Source of the DNA: Fistulifera solaris
Taxonomy: Eukaryota
Direction of reading: 5' to 3'
NCBI GenBank assembly: GCA_030295235.1
Contig: AP026126.1
Coordinates: 930,001 to 994,000 of the forward strand
DNA: 64,000 nt
Shown here: one piece after another, positions 27,936 to 41,186 of the stretch
How the letters are laid out: every line of letters starts with the position of its first letter
How positions within the stretch are numbered: the stretch's first letter is position 1
Position numbers and translations under genes: made by a program
Notes under the pieces: model-generated
Told to the model about the DNA's origin: nothing
The model's database searches: none
Seen by the model: the letters and a program-made list of their open reading frames with translations, nothing else

Positions 27936-28753
27936 TTAAAGCTCATTACTGGGTGCACCAAAGAAAACCTTTTCCAACCATGACGCGAAAGCATCCATCT
28001 CGTCTTCACAGGATTGATGACCCATCCTGTTGAGTCATGACATGTCAGGAAGGTTATTCGAGCGAAGTCATAATTGCTGAACATTACTTACGGGTAAGAT
28101 GAATCTTCAACTTGCACTCCTTGGTCTCTCAGCTTCGTTGCTCCAAAGTCTTGGTGTTCAAACAGAACCTTGTCATCATACCGACCATGACCCCAGAATA
28201 ACGGAGTCTTTTTCGCTACTTCTTGCGAAACTGTCAAATCATCTACAAGAGTTAACCACGCACTCAGTGAAGCACATCCAGCAAAAGGAGTTTTTTCGCC
28301 GTTTTGGTGGTAGGCACTCAACAAAGCAATCGCGCCGCCTTGAGAGAAGCCTCCAACAACAATTCGGTCTCTTGGAATGTTGTGTTCATTCACAATCTTT
28401 TCAACGTATTCTTCGACGATAGCAACAGCTTTTAGTTTACCCTCGCGGTCATCTTGTGCTCCAACTTCGATTGGCCAGTCATAGAGATCAAACCAACCAG
28501 GCATCGTCGCTCCTCCATTAATGGTGATCGATACAGTTGGTGACGGCGGAAAAACGTACAGAATATCTCCCAGCTTTGGCTTCAACGACGGTAGTTGAAA
28601 TTGTAGCATCGACCAACCAGCAGGGGTATCACCAAGACCATGCAAAAAGACTAGAGCACCTACTTTATTGCTTGAACTCGACGACATCATAGCTCTTGAT
28701 CCTGATCCGAGAGAAGCCAAAATTCCAGATACAAGCTTCCTGCGTGCAAGCAT
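27936..28753 (-). CDS. Acyl-protein thioesterase / phospholipase-carboxylesterase family
   Basis: FLHGLGDT, ITINGGATMPGWFD, GGFSQGG nucleophile motif, GHGRYDDKV; last exon MGHQSCEDEM...NEL stop at 27936 after an intron. Confidence 0.9.
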
Positions 28754-29488
28754 CCGATCCAGGGCAAAGTTTAACTCAAAGCAGTTATGGAAAAATGCTT
28801 TTGCTCAAAGTAAGAAAGATATTTTTTATTTGCGACGAAAGCACACATCATCGCAATCCGAAGCAACAAGCAAAAATAAAAAAAATAATCTTCACCTGTA
28901 TAGTTGGGGATAGCTTGTAAAATCCTCAACCTTATTGTTTCTGCTCTCATGCACCACCCGACTTTGTCAACCATGGGTCGCGTAGCGGTAGCGAGCAAAG
29001 GTACAGTACGCTGAAAAGCAGAATTCAGTTTTATCCAGACTGTCTAGGATAGTGTTTTTGAAACACACCAGGTTACAATATAACTTAGATTAGAATACTT
29101 TTGAAAACTGTACTTAGGATGCATTTCGAACACATAGGCTGAATGCCGGACCGCCTCGCTCTTATTGTCTTCGTGTTTGATTGCTTCAAATCGAGTCAAC
29201 GAATAAAAATTGGTCGAAGCGTATTTAATTCATCATCTTGTGCTGAATAAAATATATCCTGTCACTTGCGCACAAATTGCCGCCACCACATTTTGATCGT
29301 CTAAAATTCTCATCCACCCGATCAATTCAGAGGAGTTCAGTGACGACAACAAAGGTACTGGGTAAATATCTGGTAAGGACCACCAGCTGGGTTGCTACCC
29401 CCAATGCCATGGCTGACTCGTTTTCATGAAAAGCAACTCACTTCTTGATGTCTAATTATTATTCTCATCCACAGAAATCCATTCGAGA

Positions 29489-30779
29489 ATGAGCGATAAA
29501 TCTAGCCAGAGAAAGGACGATGCGCCAGGGCTAAATGGTTCTGCCGATCATAAGGCGCCAACAGACAAGAAAGACCCTATCAATGAAGGTGAAGGAAAGA
29601 CCACAGAAGAACCAGAGAATGAAACTAATAAGGAAAACAAGAGACAAGACGAAGGTGACATTGAGGAGGAAGACGATGATGACGATACGGACTCTGAAGC
29701 TGAACTCTTTCAGTCGAAAAGTGAAGATAAATCGGAAGTCGACCCCGAAACCATGGAACAAAACGAACTGATCGAAAAGTCGACACCGACCACGCCTCTC
29801 GAGATAGCACTTACCGCTCTGTTGAAGCGAAAAGAAACTTATATTCAACGTATTACCGGTGAGATAGCTAAGCTTAAAAAGTTTGTGAGCAAGCGCAAGC
29901 AGACGTATAAGAGGAAGCGAAAGGAAGAAGGTGCACCGACGCGGGCACTTTCTGCTTATAACATCTTCATTCAAGATCGCTTCGCCAAGTTAGCTAAAGA
30001 GAATGAAAATGCTTTGAAGAGTGAAGACACCGAGGCAGAGCTGAAACGTGTTCCTCCCTCTTATATGGTTGCGTCAACAGGAAATGCATGGAAAGAGCTA
30101 CCTCCGGAGGAAAAAGGCTCTGTATTACGAACGGTAAGAAACGCTATAGTTTATTTTCGGTGTTTACCTTTGTTTGATCTCATTGACACGTGTTTTTCGT
30201 GATTTTCCGTTACAGAGCAAAGGCAGATCAAAAACGTTACGAAGAGGAAATGGCTGCTTACCAACCTCCCTGACAAGCAAGCAAACCGAAAGCGAAATAA
30301 AACAGGTTATAACATGTTCTTCACAGCTCACGTTCATCGTCTCAAACAGACCGAAAATGGGGTTCCTTCCGAACGTGGTTCTGTTGCCCGCCTGGTTGGG
30401 AATGCTTGGAAGAACCTAACTCCAGACGAGAGACAGTACTATGAACGGGAAGCTGACAAACACAACGGAATGAATCTTGTGAAAGATGGCGATGAAGACG
30501 ACGACGAGGATGAAGTTAAGCGTCAGCAAATGGAGCATTATCACATGCACGGCCCTCATCCTGAAATGCATATGCACCCGGGAATGCACCCGGTCATGCA
30601 CATGCATCCTGCCGTTGACCCGCGGCATGCCTATTATCCTCCCTCACATGTACGGACAGCCTATGTATAGCCATTACGACTATAGCCAGCATCATCGTCA
30701 TCAGCAGGCTCGTGCCCAGGGCTACAATCAAGCTTATCCCCCACCTCCACGGAGTTCCTACGAAACGGGCACAATTTGA
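29489..30779 (+). CDS. HMG-box protein with two HMG boxes and His/Met/Pro/Tyr-rich C-terminus
   Basis: APTRALSAYNIFIQD...GNAWKELPPEEK and GYNMFFTAHV...GNAWKNLTPDERQYYEREA; intron at about 30134-30215; frameshifts. Confidence 0.88.
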
Positions 30780-31121
30780 ATAGAATGATCTACATTTGAA
30801 AGTTGTTTACAATTGAATATCTATATAATTTACATTCGAGTTTGTTAGTAATTTGCGTCTCATTTGTTTTCAATTTGTTATGATTATTGCTATATCGCTG
30901 TCCAGGGTCCAGGCACAATCATAGTACTACCTGGCAGATGTGTTTCCCACGACACGACGACTCGCCGCAACAATGACGTCGTTGGAGAAAATTTTATTGC
31001 ACACAGAATGCATTCGAGCGACCACAACATCCACAGCTCGTTCAGTCTAAACGACAATTGAAGTTCGACAGAGTAAAGAGAACTACAGCCATCACATTCT
31101 TGCTCACTTAGCAACGTAAGT

Positions 31122-31541
31122 ATGGGAAACGCATGTTGCGGCAAAAAATCGAGCGTCCAGGAACGACAGAATCTTACGAGCAACAATAAAAACAGCAAAG
31201 CATTTTCTGGCGAGGTAAGTCGTCTTTCTGCATTCATTCTATTATATGTTGCACATTCTAATGTGTAGACTTTCGTAAAAGGGCCATAGATTAGGAACAA
31301 CGACTGAGTCTCCAAAGCCTTCTTTAGAAGCAACTAATAAGCTACAGGATGACACACCAGAACCGACTTACGATCCTAGTTTGACTGATGAACAACGAGA
31401 AAAAATCCGAGCAGACCGAGCTGCTGCTGCCGAAGCTCGCTTAAAAAAAGGCAGCTGCTAAACCTGTAAAAAAAATCGAAGGATTCTGCGCCTCTCAGGG
31501 GTCCAAATTCACAGCCATTGATGCGATGGACGGCCTCCTAA
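31122..31541 (+). CDS. Small myristoylated/palmitoylated p97/Cdc48 adaptor, SVIP-like (not in ORF track)
   Basis: Exon 1 31122..31214 MGNACCGKK...AFSGE, intron 31215..31281 (GT-AG), exon 2 GHRLG...REKIRADRAAAAEARL...LMRWTAS stop; A-run frameshifts near 31445-31475. Confidence 0.75.
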
Positions 31542-31695
31542 ATATGTTGTTACTTTAATCGCAAGAAAACATAACCCAAAGTTTGATTGCTTTTCTGGTA
31601 AAGCGGTGATATGAGAATCAATGGTTTTATCTGTTGTTAATATGACTTGTAGCGCAGACGAAAGATCCCCCGTTGATGTACATGCGGCTAGATGT

Positions 31696-32587
31696 TTACT
31701 GGACCCAATCCAATCCTTCAGCCTGTGCTTTTGCTTTGGCAAGCTTCCATGCTGGTGGATTATCATCAATGAAATGATGCAAGTCATAAATTACTTGATC
31801 CGCTACAGCGGCAGTATCCATCTCTTCGGTAACTTTGACGCGGATGTCAGCGTTCTTGTATTTCGGCTTCCTTTCCTCCAGCAGTGCCTTTAACTTCTTG
31901 AGAGGATCTTCTGTTTGCAGCAGTGGCCGGTCCGTCCCTTGAATGCGCTTTATGATAACCTCAGGTTCGACATCAAGCCAGATTACCAATCCAGTTTGCA
32001 ACTTCGACCAGTTCTCCATTCGAGTCACAATACCCCCGCCTGTACTAATCACGCAACGAACATAAGGATGAACCGAGTCCAAGATCTGCGCTTCTACTTG
32101 CCGAAAACCTTCCTCCCCTTCTGCTTCAAAAATTTCCGGAATCGTCATCTTTGTGGCCTTTTCAATGATTGCGTCTGTATCTAGAAATGTGTAGCTTCCC
32201 ATTCCTGAGAATAAACATGTGAGCACGTGCTTGTAGTGCAAATGACCAAAACGAAGACCTCGACTTACTTCTGGCAACGGCTTCACCTACACTCGTCTTT
32301 CCAGAACCCATCATTCCGATAAAATACAAATTTGCGCCGTTCAGCCTTGGACTCAAAAGTCGTGCGGGGTCGATCTTCAGGCCGCCATCGGTCGATGTCA
32401 TCAAATCGGTGTTTTTGTAAGGATTGTCGACTCCCTGATCGAAGGCATTCACCGGATCTTCCCACTCAAAGCCTCCAGCGTTCAATACAATGATAGGACG
32501 TGGTGCGACGAAAGCCCGATGTGTGGTAAAGGCAACCACCGATGAGCCGAGCCATAAAGCGACTGCCGTTAGTAAATGAAGCCTCAT
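31696..32587 (-). CDS. aroK: Shikimate kinase, plastid-targeted
   Basis: IGMMGSGKTSVG Walker A, FLDTD, IFEAEGEEGFRQVE, ISTGGGIV, RPLL; signal MRLHLLTAVALWLGSSVVA|F; one intron at about 32205-32268. Confidence 0.93.
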
Positions 32588-33168
32588 TCTTGATAAGTGT
32601 GTTGTACAAGCGATAAACAATGTTTGACAGTGGTGTTAAAGGAACGGGTGACTTTCCTTTAGAAAGAACTTTTGAATAGTTGGAAATTTCAATTTACGAC
32701 AAAAAATGTACAGAGTAAATGGTTTGTTTGATCTGCCGAAACGCAACAAAATAAGCGCGTTCCATGCGATGATGATTGTGTTGTCTCGGTTTCGAGAAGA
32801 AGAGGACAGACGTTCATGACATAAACGTTAGCCCTCGTGAGACATCCAATCAAAATCTAGGGGGTTAGACCCTGGTCAAAATTTAATTTCAAACGCGGAT
32901 TCCGCTTGTGTGATACAAACAGGCCTGGCTCGCAGCTGCATTCATCATTATTGAAAGTATCCCGATGCATAAACCGTGACATTCATTTGCGGGTCATGCG
33001 ATCCCAACATTTGAAGAAATCCGTTGCTTGGCACAAAAATACTTAAACAGCTCCCTCTAAGTGATTTTAAATTCAGTTTATGAGAACAAACTTACTTTTG
33101 ATTTACCGTAGGATAAGCATCGCAAAAATAATGTTTCCCTCATTTTTTGCTACATTCTTCTTCTTATC

Positions 33169-33300
33169 ACATGTCCGACTATTGCAACATGTCCGACTAT
33201 TGCAACATGTCCGACTATTGCAACATGTCCGACTATTGCAACATGTCCGACTATTGCAACATGTCCGACTATTGCAACATGTCCGACTATTGCAACATGT
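33169..33300. repeat. Perfect 18-bp minisatellite (ACATGTCCGACTATTGCA) x7 plus partial unit
   Basis: Directly visible; gives (HVRLLQ)7 in a spurious ORF. Confidence 0.97.
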
Positions 33301-33458
33301 GAAAACATTTATTTCCGAGATTTTTGGGCACGTGTGAAAACACCAAATTCCTAGATTTTCTGGGGACGCAGGAGAACATTATATGCCCAGATTTTCTGGG
33401 GGGATTTTCTGGTCACGCGTGAAAACACGAAATTCCCAGATTTTCTGGGGACGTAGGA
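33297..33458. repeat. Degenerate tandem repeat of about 37 bp with CCCAGATTTTCTGGG palindromic core
   Basis: Repeated gaaaaca..aattcc(c/t)agattttctggggacg units; related to the array at 63612-63860. Confidence 0.85.
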
Positions 33459-35299
33459 AGTCACAACACTCTTACATTATTATCTTTGGTCCTTGATGTT
33501 TCTTGTCGTTATGCAGTTGTCGTTCACTTTTTGTGGATGAACGATGAATGATCATCTTCTTGACAAATATTATCAAGTGTATTGTATCCTTGCTGATAGC
33601 ACTGACTCAATGTCAACGTTCTAGCGACCGGCACTCGCCGTCACGAGTCGGTCTATCACAGTAATCGACGCTGAAAGTATTCACAAGCAAATATAGCGTT
33701 TACGAAAAAAAGATGAAAACAAAAAATAAATTATACTCGCACTTCAGTAGATCACGGCCTTACTAGCTTCACTCGACCGCGTCGCCATGTCGTTAGCCTT
33801 TCTTCCCCTGTCATCCGAGTTTCCATATTCAACTTCTATGAAAGGGACAATAGCTTCCTTGTTCAGTGTCTGATACTGTCTACTCACTCTCCCACTTTAG
33901 GTCGAAAATGTATGACCCAAATGGACTATGATGTCAGGTATTGCTGTCTGGAGCTTATCCACACTCGCCACGCCTCTAGAGTAGCTGGTATAACGCTATT
34001 GACACTCATGATAGCTAGAGCATTGGTGGGTGCTTGTGAAAGCATTGTGCTATCTTCGACGCAACAATTTTGATATTTTGGACTTTGCAAGAAGAAAAGA
34101 GTCGATTGGTGTTTGTGTTGAGTGGCTTTGCTTCTGAGAACATTATGGAAATCGCTGTTTTATACGTACGGTTTGGTGGGGACGGCTTTGTTGATATCAT
34201 GGTGGATACTCGGTCAGGATGAACCCCCTTCATTGCTCCGTCAAGCCTGGAAAAGCAGTATTCGCGTCTCTTTTCGAACAAGCAATGACAAATGTCAAGA
34301 TGCTCCGTGGAAAGGGATTCTTCATTCAAAGAAGTGTGGGAAGTGACACTTGCCCACTGTTCCAGAAATTGGGGTTTTTATACTTATTGATTGAGTACGT
34401 AACATCTCACGTCGTTGGGATAATTGGGTCCGGCCGCTGTTGTGGCGTCAATGGTTTGGCACATTCCGGAAGAAGCATGGCTGGTGCAAGCTGGCTTGGA
34501 CTGTGTTTTTGGTTTACATTCTTTCAATTTAGGTTGATTCGAAGCAGTGTTGCACGAAAAGGCCGGGCCGCCCAAAAGGGATGTTCGGAGTGTGAGTGAC
34601 GGGAGTGCTACTGGATGCAACAATTCAAATTGGGGCACCATCTTTGCCATCAACGCGCTCGTCAATTTAGTGGGAGCTGTCGCCCTTGTTTCTCTGTTAG
34701 CCAAGGAAAGAGTTTGAATAAGGTCGAGCTGATTATTGTTCGCATATTTGTCGAGCTTTCTTGGTCGAGTGATTGATTGACGTATTCCTCCTCTTCCTCG
34801 GTACTTGATACTTGGGGCTGAAGAAAAGAGTTGGCCTATTTCACCGGCTCAATCTTTTTGGACGAGGATGAGTGAGAATTCCACTCGTTCCAAGTTTTGA
34901 CTTCTCCAATCGATCTGCAGCAGGGTGTAGCCCCAATACAATTTGTAATTTCTGTTTTCGAAATAAAATGTATTCATTTACGCAAAGATTTATATAGTGT
35001 CTTAATACTAAACCGACTGTAAAGCCCACCACTTGGTATCATATAGATCGAATACGTTGGCTAGCATAAGCTAGAGCACTGGGAACTTTGCAAATCACGC
35101 CACAACTGATCGACGGATAACTCAATTGTTTCATCTCGAAAAGCACCCTTCATCGCATTATCATCAGATCATCAGATATGATTGCTTGTCGCGCAATCCT
35201 TTTGACCGGAACTTTCACAGAATGAATGAGAATACCTCGTCAATCAGCGATACAATCTTGCACAGATCTTGCGTTTCTCATTGTGCTCTGCGATTTCTC

Positions 35300-36950
35300 A
35301 AACAGTCTCAAGTCAAGTCATCTCGAAACGGAGACCGGTATCGATACCTTTCTTTTTTGTCCTCCAGAGCCATCCAAAATGGAATTCCCACGCGTCACTG
35401 ACCCACCATTCATCGCATGCTAGATAGCTTGCATTTATCTATGTCTCTCGTCGCGCAAATTCGCCATCCGAAGGCACAAACAGCGCAGTGACTCGATCTC
35501 CCACTGAAAACTGTTTCATCGAATGCCTCCTTGAATGACGATGATTCGATTCTTCCACGAAGTTCCTGACCAAGTACAAACTAAAAACATCTTGTTTCCT
35601 ACATCATCGTCATGTCTTTTCCGTCAATGCCAATCGGATTAAATGAAGCGGACATGGATTCGTCGAAAGCTTTGTTAAGTAATATTCCCAATAGGTCGCT
35701 TTCGGTTTGTTGACCGTTTCGCAAGACAGACCCAATGCTAGAGGAAAGAAAGCGATCTGTCATCAGGTAGAAGGCCGGACTAAGACGAAAACATCTGGTT
35801 TCGTATCGTTCGAACACTTGCTGAAGACGGACCGTTCAAGTCCAGAGCCCACGCCAGTGTATTTCGATCCCAGCAACCAGCTTCATTGCCAAGTCGAGTG
35901 CGTCGTTCAACAGATCAATTGCTTCAATTTTGTTGCCCCTGCCATCATGACACTAGAAAGCCTCACTCCGGCCGGGCTCCAAATATAGCTATCGATTCAC
36001 CTTATTGTAGTTTTCATTGGTGCTTCACAGCGCGATAGGGCGGTCGTAAATCGACACCCTCACGACGCCGCTTGAACGAACTAAAGCCATGTATTTGGCG
36101 ACACTGCCCAAAGTTTCCAAACCAGGTTGCTCCAAATTAAAGCATGCCGTTGTGCTTTCGATGACAATCCATCTGCTTTTACTCTAGTCGCATAAATATG
36201 CAATGAACGTTCGCCAAAGCAAAGAAAGCACCGCGAAGAACGGCGGACAATCCAACGACTCCTAGACTTTTCAGTGGCGTCATGGTTGTTTTATTGCGCT
36301 ACCTTTATGGCGTATTATTCACAGCCGATATGGCTACCGTATTCTCCGTCGATGAATTTCTGACGAAATCATCGAATTGCAGTTTGATTGTCGTGCGAAT
36401 GGATGATTGTTTCGACTGAGATCAACACTTGAGTGGCACAATTGTACAAGACGACTTGTACCGATACCAACTTCGTGGGTCAGATCTTTCATGGTCCGTA
36501 CATGAATGTTTTTTGTCAAGGCGGAGGATGCATTCTAGAAGCGGAATTGTTTTGGTTTCAACTATCAAAGTGGTGATGATTCGTCCTGCGAACCTTGATG
36601 GAACAAATTGTCATACACTGGATCCTTCATTGTAATCGGATCTTACAAAACGAAAATGCGCATAGAAATTCCTCTAAGTGGATTGTTGTAATGAATAAGA
36701 CCTCAAGATGCTCCGTTCGATTATTGTACACCCACGAAGTTCATGACCAGGTACAAAAAGCCATCTTGATTCTCATAATCGTATGTCTTTTCCATCAATG
36801 CCAATCGGTTCGAAATACTCCGATCACCATGACGTCCTAAACAACGCTATCGAATGATTGAGGCGTAGCGTTAACGTCCTCCGAATTCTCGATGCAAAGT
36901 AAACAGCAGCTTCCATCGTTCGATGATTGAGAAATGTTGGGGCACACCTG
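35300..36950 (-). pseudogene. Probable decayed coding remnants with an internal ~80-bp duplication
   Basis: Only short broken frames; 35555..35637 and 36732..36808 are diverged copies (ccacgaagttc.tgacca.gtacaaa...atgtcttttcc.tcaatgccaatcgg). Confidence 0.3.
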
Positions 36951-37499
36951 TCTCCCGAATCACTAATTGTTATGATCATCAATCAAAAGCGAATGGCGAG
37001 AGTATGCGAAATGCGAAATGCGAAATGCGACCTTCTCTCTCTCTCTACAAAGTCTACAAAGTATATATTAGTATTATTAGCTTGATCTGAATGCAAAATG
37101 TGTGTGTGGCTTGTTTATTTATTTGTGGATCTCGTCATCTTCGACTTCGACAGGGTTACGCAGACACGTACACGCAGACTAGCTACATATTGAAGGATTG
37201 CGCTTGAAATAACAAGACTGAAAAGCAAAGCACGAACGCGTCAAACAAAAATCGTCGTCTCACTCTCATCCATCATCATCGTCGAGGCAAACAAAAGTGC
37301 CCCCAATGTGGACTTGACCTCCATTCTTTTCCCCTTCTTAAAATTGAATTTCAAAAATACGAGCAGGCCGGGCTCGCGGCTGCGTTCATCAATATTGGAA
37401 AATATTAGGAGGCGTATATCGCGACATTCATTCGTGGAACGTGGGATCCCAACCAATACATGGAGAAAACCGTTGCTCGAGACAGAAATACTTAGATAG

Positions 37500-39435
37500 C
37501 TTCCTCTAAATAATTTTAAAATGAGTTTGTGAACACAAACTGATTTTGATTTTACGATAGGAGAAGCGGAGAAGCATCGCCAAACATCTTTCTCTCTTTT
37601 TTCGCTGCATTCTTCTTCTTCTCACATCTCCTCTCAAAGGCGACTGAGAGAGGTTTGATGTCCTCCCCGTATTCAGTTGTTGCCAAAGCTGTGGCCTGCG
37701 ATCACAGCTTGGGACCGTATGGTTGAATACATAGTGGGAGCGCATGAAGGGTTGTGGTGCGTATGTCCCGAGGAAGGAGGAGTCGTCTCGCAAAACGGCA
37801 ACCTCGTGTCGTCTCTAGACGATTCGCTTGCCTGCTTGCGAGACTTCCTGCCTTACCGGAAAACACGCAGTTGGAGCATTGTGCTGGGAAAAGTTCTTCA
37901 CCTGAGTTGTGGGATCCATGAGGCGTGCCGAAGAACTGTGTGCGCCAGTGATTGGTGAAGCAATGGTAACGGTTGAGCGGGGTTTGGGGTTCACCCGCTG
38001 AGCAGCTTATGAAAGCCACATTCGCCTTTCCGCTCCCAACCGGATACATGGGCGTTTGTGATCGCTTGTTGACATCTGCTTAACGTCTTCGGAGCTCTTG
38101 CGGTGCTTATGAGTTATCCTAGAAATAGGTTAGCGGTTACGGGCACTAGCAAGGGTCCCCCATATGTCTCAGCACAATGAAAAATTGACCACAACGCCTA
38201 CATGCTAACACTTGTTCATTTCAAAACCAAGTAATTTTAATTAATATAGAAATACAACTGATGGATGCGCGCGACGGGTAATGGTGACAGAGGAGCTCCT
38301 CCATCTAACACTGTCCAATTTTGTGCGCTCAAGCCGTTTCGTGGTCGTGAGACTTGTTGTTTGCTCATATTCGCCTCTTGTTGCGTCGTGCTTTATCTAG
38401 GATTTATTTTATTTTCGTTCCAAGAAGTCTTCAGGTTCGTCATTAAAGTACGAAACGGGCGAGAGCCGGTCCAACAGTCCTATCACCAACAACGGCTAGA
38501 CTTCGAAATCAAATGACAAACCAAAGCGTTCAATACGTCACCAAACATGTTTGTAAAGTCCGCAACAGACCCATTGTGAACAATTTAGAAGCACTATTTG
38601 GTTTCTTTGAGCTTCACGGTTGAATGGAACTTGTCTCTTTCTCTCGCGCCGCGTTTCGATGTCGCTCTCGAACCGATAAACGGGCACTCGGCTAGGCCGC
38701 CATCCAATTGGAATAAAACCCTTAAGCGTAAACAACATCTTGGGGAAATGGGGCTCTCCCGAGAGACGTCGTGACACATTCAAATTGCACCACTCGGTCC
38801 GTTGCGAGACTTCGCTATCAAGGCCGGGAAAGCCCCATACCTCATGTTGGTTCAAATGCCAATTCGTGGAATCGCACGACGAGGAACTTTTGTTTGCATA
38901 TTCTAAACCAAAGGGTCTGATACCGGCTTCTTGGCTCGGGACTATGAGTTGCGCGTCCACGGTAAAAGCGTATCGGTGCTGATGATACGCAATATATTGG
39001 TAAACGAACCGAACAACCCAGAGCCCCACTTCCGATTTGGCATCTTCTAGAGGCTCTCTTTGCATAAAAATCGAATTCGTTTCACAAATGCTATGATGTA
39101 CCTGGTAAGAGAACAGGCAGATTGTAATTGCTCCAATGAACTGAGGATGTTATCAAATCTTTCCGCAACGAGTCGTCCATTTCAGAAATATGGTTGGCAT
39201 AACCGAGGAGAGGACAATGAAGCCAAGCAAAGCAGCTTCTGCGGGAAGTAGCTGCAGCCTTCCGGGATGAATCATTTAGGGCGAAGGATGCCCTAACGAT
39301 GACACTGGCAATGGTCTCATCGCGATCATTCTTGCGATTCAGCGCCCATGTGTTGAATATCAGCAACCATACGGAGTACAAGATAGGTAAAAAGAGAGCA
39401 CCAATTCGGACTTTTCGCAATAGAAAATTCAGCAT
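37500..39435 (-). pseudogene. Disrupted type II membrane protein gene (possibly glycosyltransferase-like)
   Basis: N-terminal MLNFLLRKVRIGALFLPILYSVWLLIFNTWAL membrane anchor followed by several broken same-strand ORFs (38538..39065, 37702..38049); no diagnostic motif seen. Confidence 0.3.
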
Positions 39436-40143
39436 CTTGAAACTGTTGAAGAATCCCAAATGAGCGTTGATTTGGTCTTTGTGTCCTTTTTGTACCGCAA
39501 TTGACCCCACAACAGCTCACCAGACTTTGAAGTTACTGAACGAGATCACGGGTTATAACAATCGGCATGTCAATCGTCGGACCTTCTTTTTTCCAGACCG
39601 TTCGCTTTGCGCGATAGCGAATCAGAGTGGATACGGTGTTTCCCCATGGAACTTGCCAAGTACATTCGAACTAAATTCTGTCACAAATAATGTTCCATGG
39701 CGTTGGTGGCGGTAATAAATATGACTGCCACCGCAGTGTAACGTTGTTTCGGCGATACAGTGTCAATTGTCACGGTACATTTTACAAACGCTCGATTCCC
39801 ATTACAGTACGATCGGTCCTTCCACAGTACCCTAAAAAATGATTGCAAAAGAGGCCAGGTTGGTAATGTGCGTCTACAAATGACCCCGGTGATTGAATTT
39901 GGCTTATTCAGCGTATCTAAAAGGTTGTTTGACGTCTTGGGTTGAATAAAATTGGCTTCTTCGAGTAGTCGAATGAGCGGATTGCGACGTCCAGTGCACG
40001 ATTTTGTTTGGACGTTTCGATGGGATGTTTCCAGCCCGTCGGATCAATGATTGACCCTTATGATGTTACGCTTCGACAGACGGTGCTTTGTACGACATAA
40101 TCTGCATCGTACGGTCCTTCAAAAAAATCAAAAACACCTGAGC

Positions 40144-40163
40144 GAGAGAGAGAGAGAGAGAGA
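40144..40163. repeat. (GA)n microsatellite
   Basis: gagagagagagagagagaga visible. Confidence 0.9.
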
Positions 40164-41186
40164 AACGAGGATTTGACGGCGCGATATATGTACGAAAGGT
40201 CAACATCATTCTCTGCATCCTTTTTGAGTTCACTTTCGCACAAACATGACGAATGCACGAAAGTACTCCGTATCAAAGTTTTAAAAAAAGAAGGTTGGTG
40301 CAGAAATGCTTGTTATATAGTGACGAAAATGCGAATGTCGAATGACAAGTCAAACATCAACAAGAACAAAATGCGTCGTTTGTCTTTGTTATCTCAGTAT
40401 CAGTCATCCGCGATTTGCGATGTGTGGTGTGTGGTGACTTTCGGTCGTCGTGACTGAATCTGAAATGCAGTCGTGAAAAAGGTCGCTTACACTTTGGTCT
40501 ATAGTACGAGCGGAAAATATCATATTGTAAGACTTTTCGACGTAATGAGCCGAGGCCTGTATTACAAATGCTACTGCAACTGATATAAACAAAGTTAAGA
40601 GACAACAAATGCAGCTTACGAAATGAGCAGAAGAAAGGGAGGTTTAAAAGCAATCTGGCGTCTGAGAATTCAGGTTCATGACTGAAATGCAGTCTTGTGA
40701 AAGTCGATTCCAGACTCATCCGTCATCCGTCAGTGAGTCATCAGTCATCAGGGACAGGGTTATTCTAAAAGAACAACGATACGACGCTCAAATGTACGTG
40801 AAATTCACGTAGGCCCCGTAGGAATTTTATTAATTTAGGGAGGACACGGTACTTATCATCCATTCTCGGATCCGAAAGCGACAAAGTTGATTGTAACAAT
40901 TCTCAACATACCTTCATAGAGATAGAGACCATAAGCAAGAAGCGACATTGATTGGAACACCAAACATGAAAAAGACAACAGATGGAATGTTGCGAATTTC
41001 TACGTGAATTTCACGTAGGCCCCCTATAGAAGGGAAATTCTTTAGTAACAGATGGGGCACCCGGAGATTACGCCGAGGCGCAACGCAAAAGATCCGGCGA
41101 CAAATAATAAGATTGCATTTCTCGTAAGCGCCATTTTCAAGAAGTTGCCTGGTTTACATTTTTTGCAGGAAAGTAATTTCATTATC

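Noticed and set aside
30890..31333. 147-aa minus-strand ORF
   Set aside because: Antisense to the spliced SVIP-like gene and has no recognisable features.
33080..33337. ORF encoding (HVRLLQ)7
   Set aside because: By-product of a perfect 18-bp DNA minisatellite with no synonymous variation.
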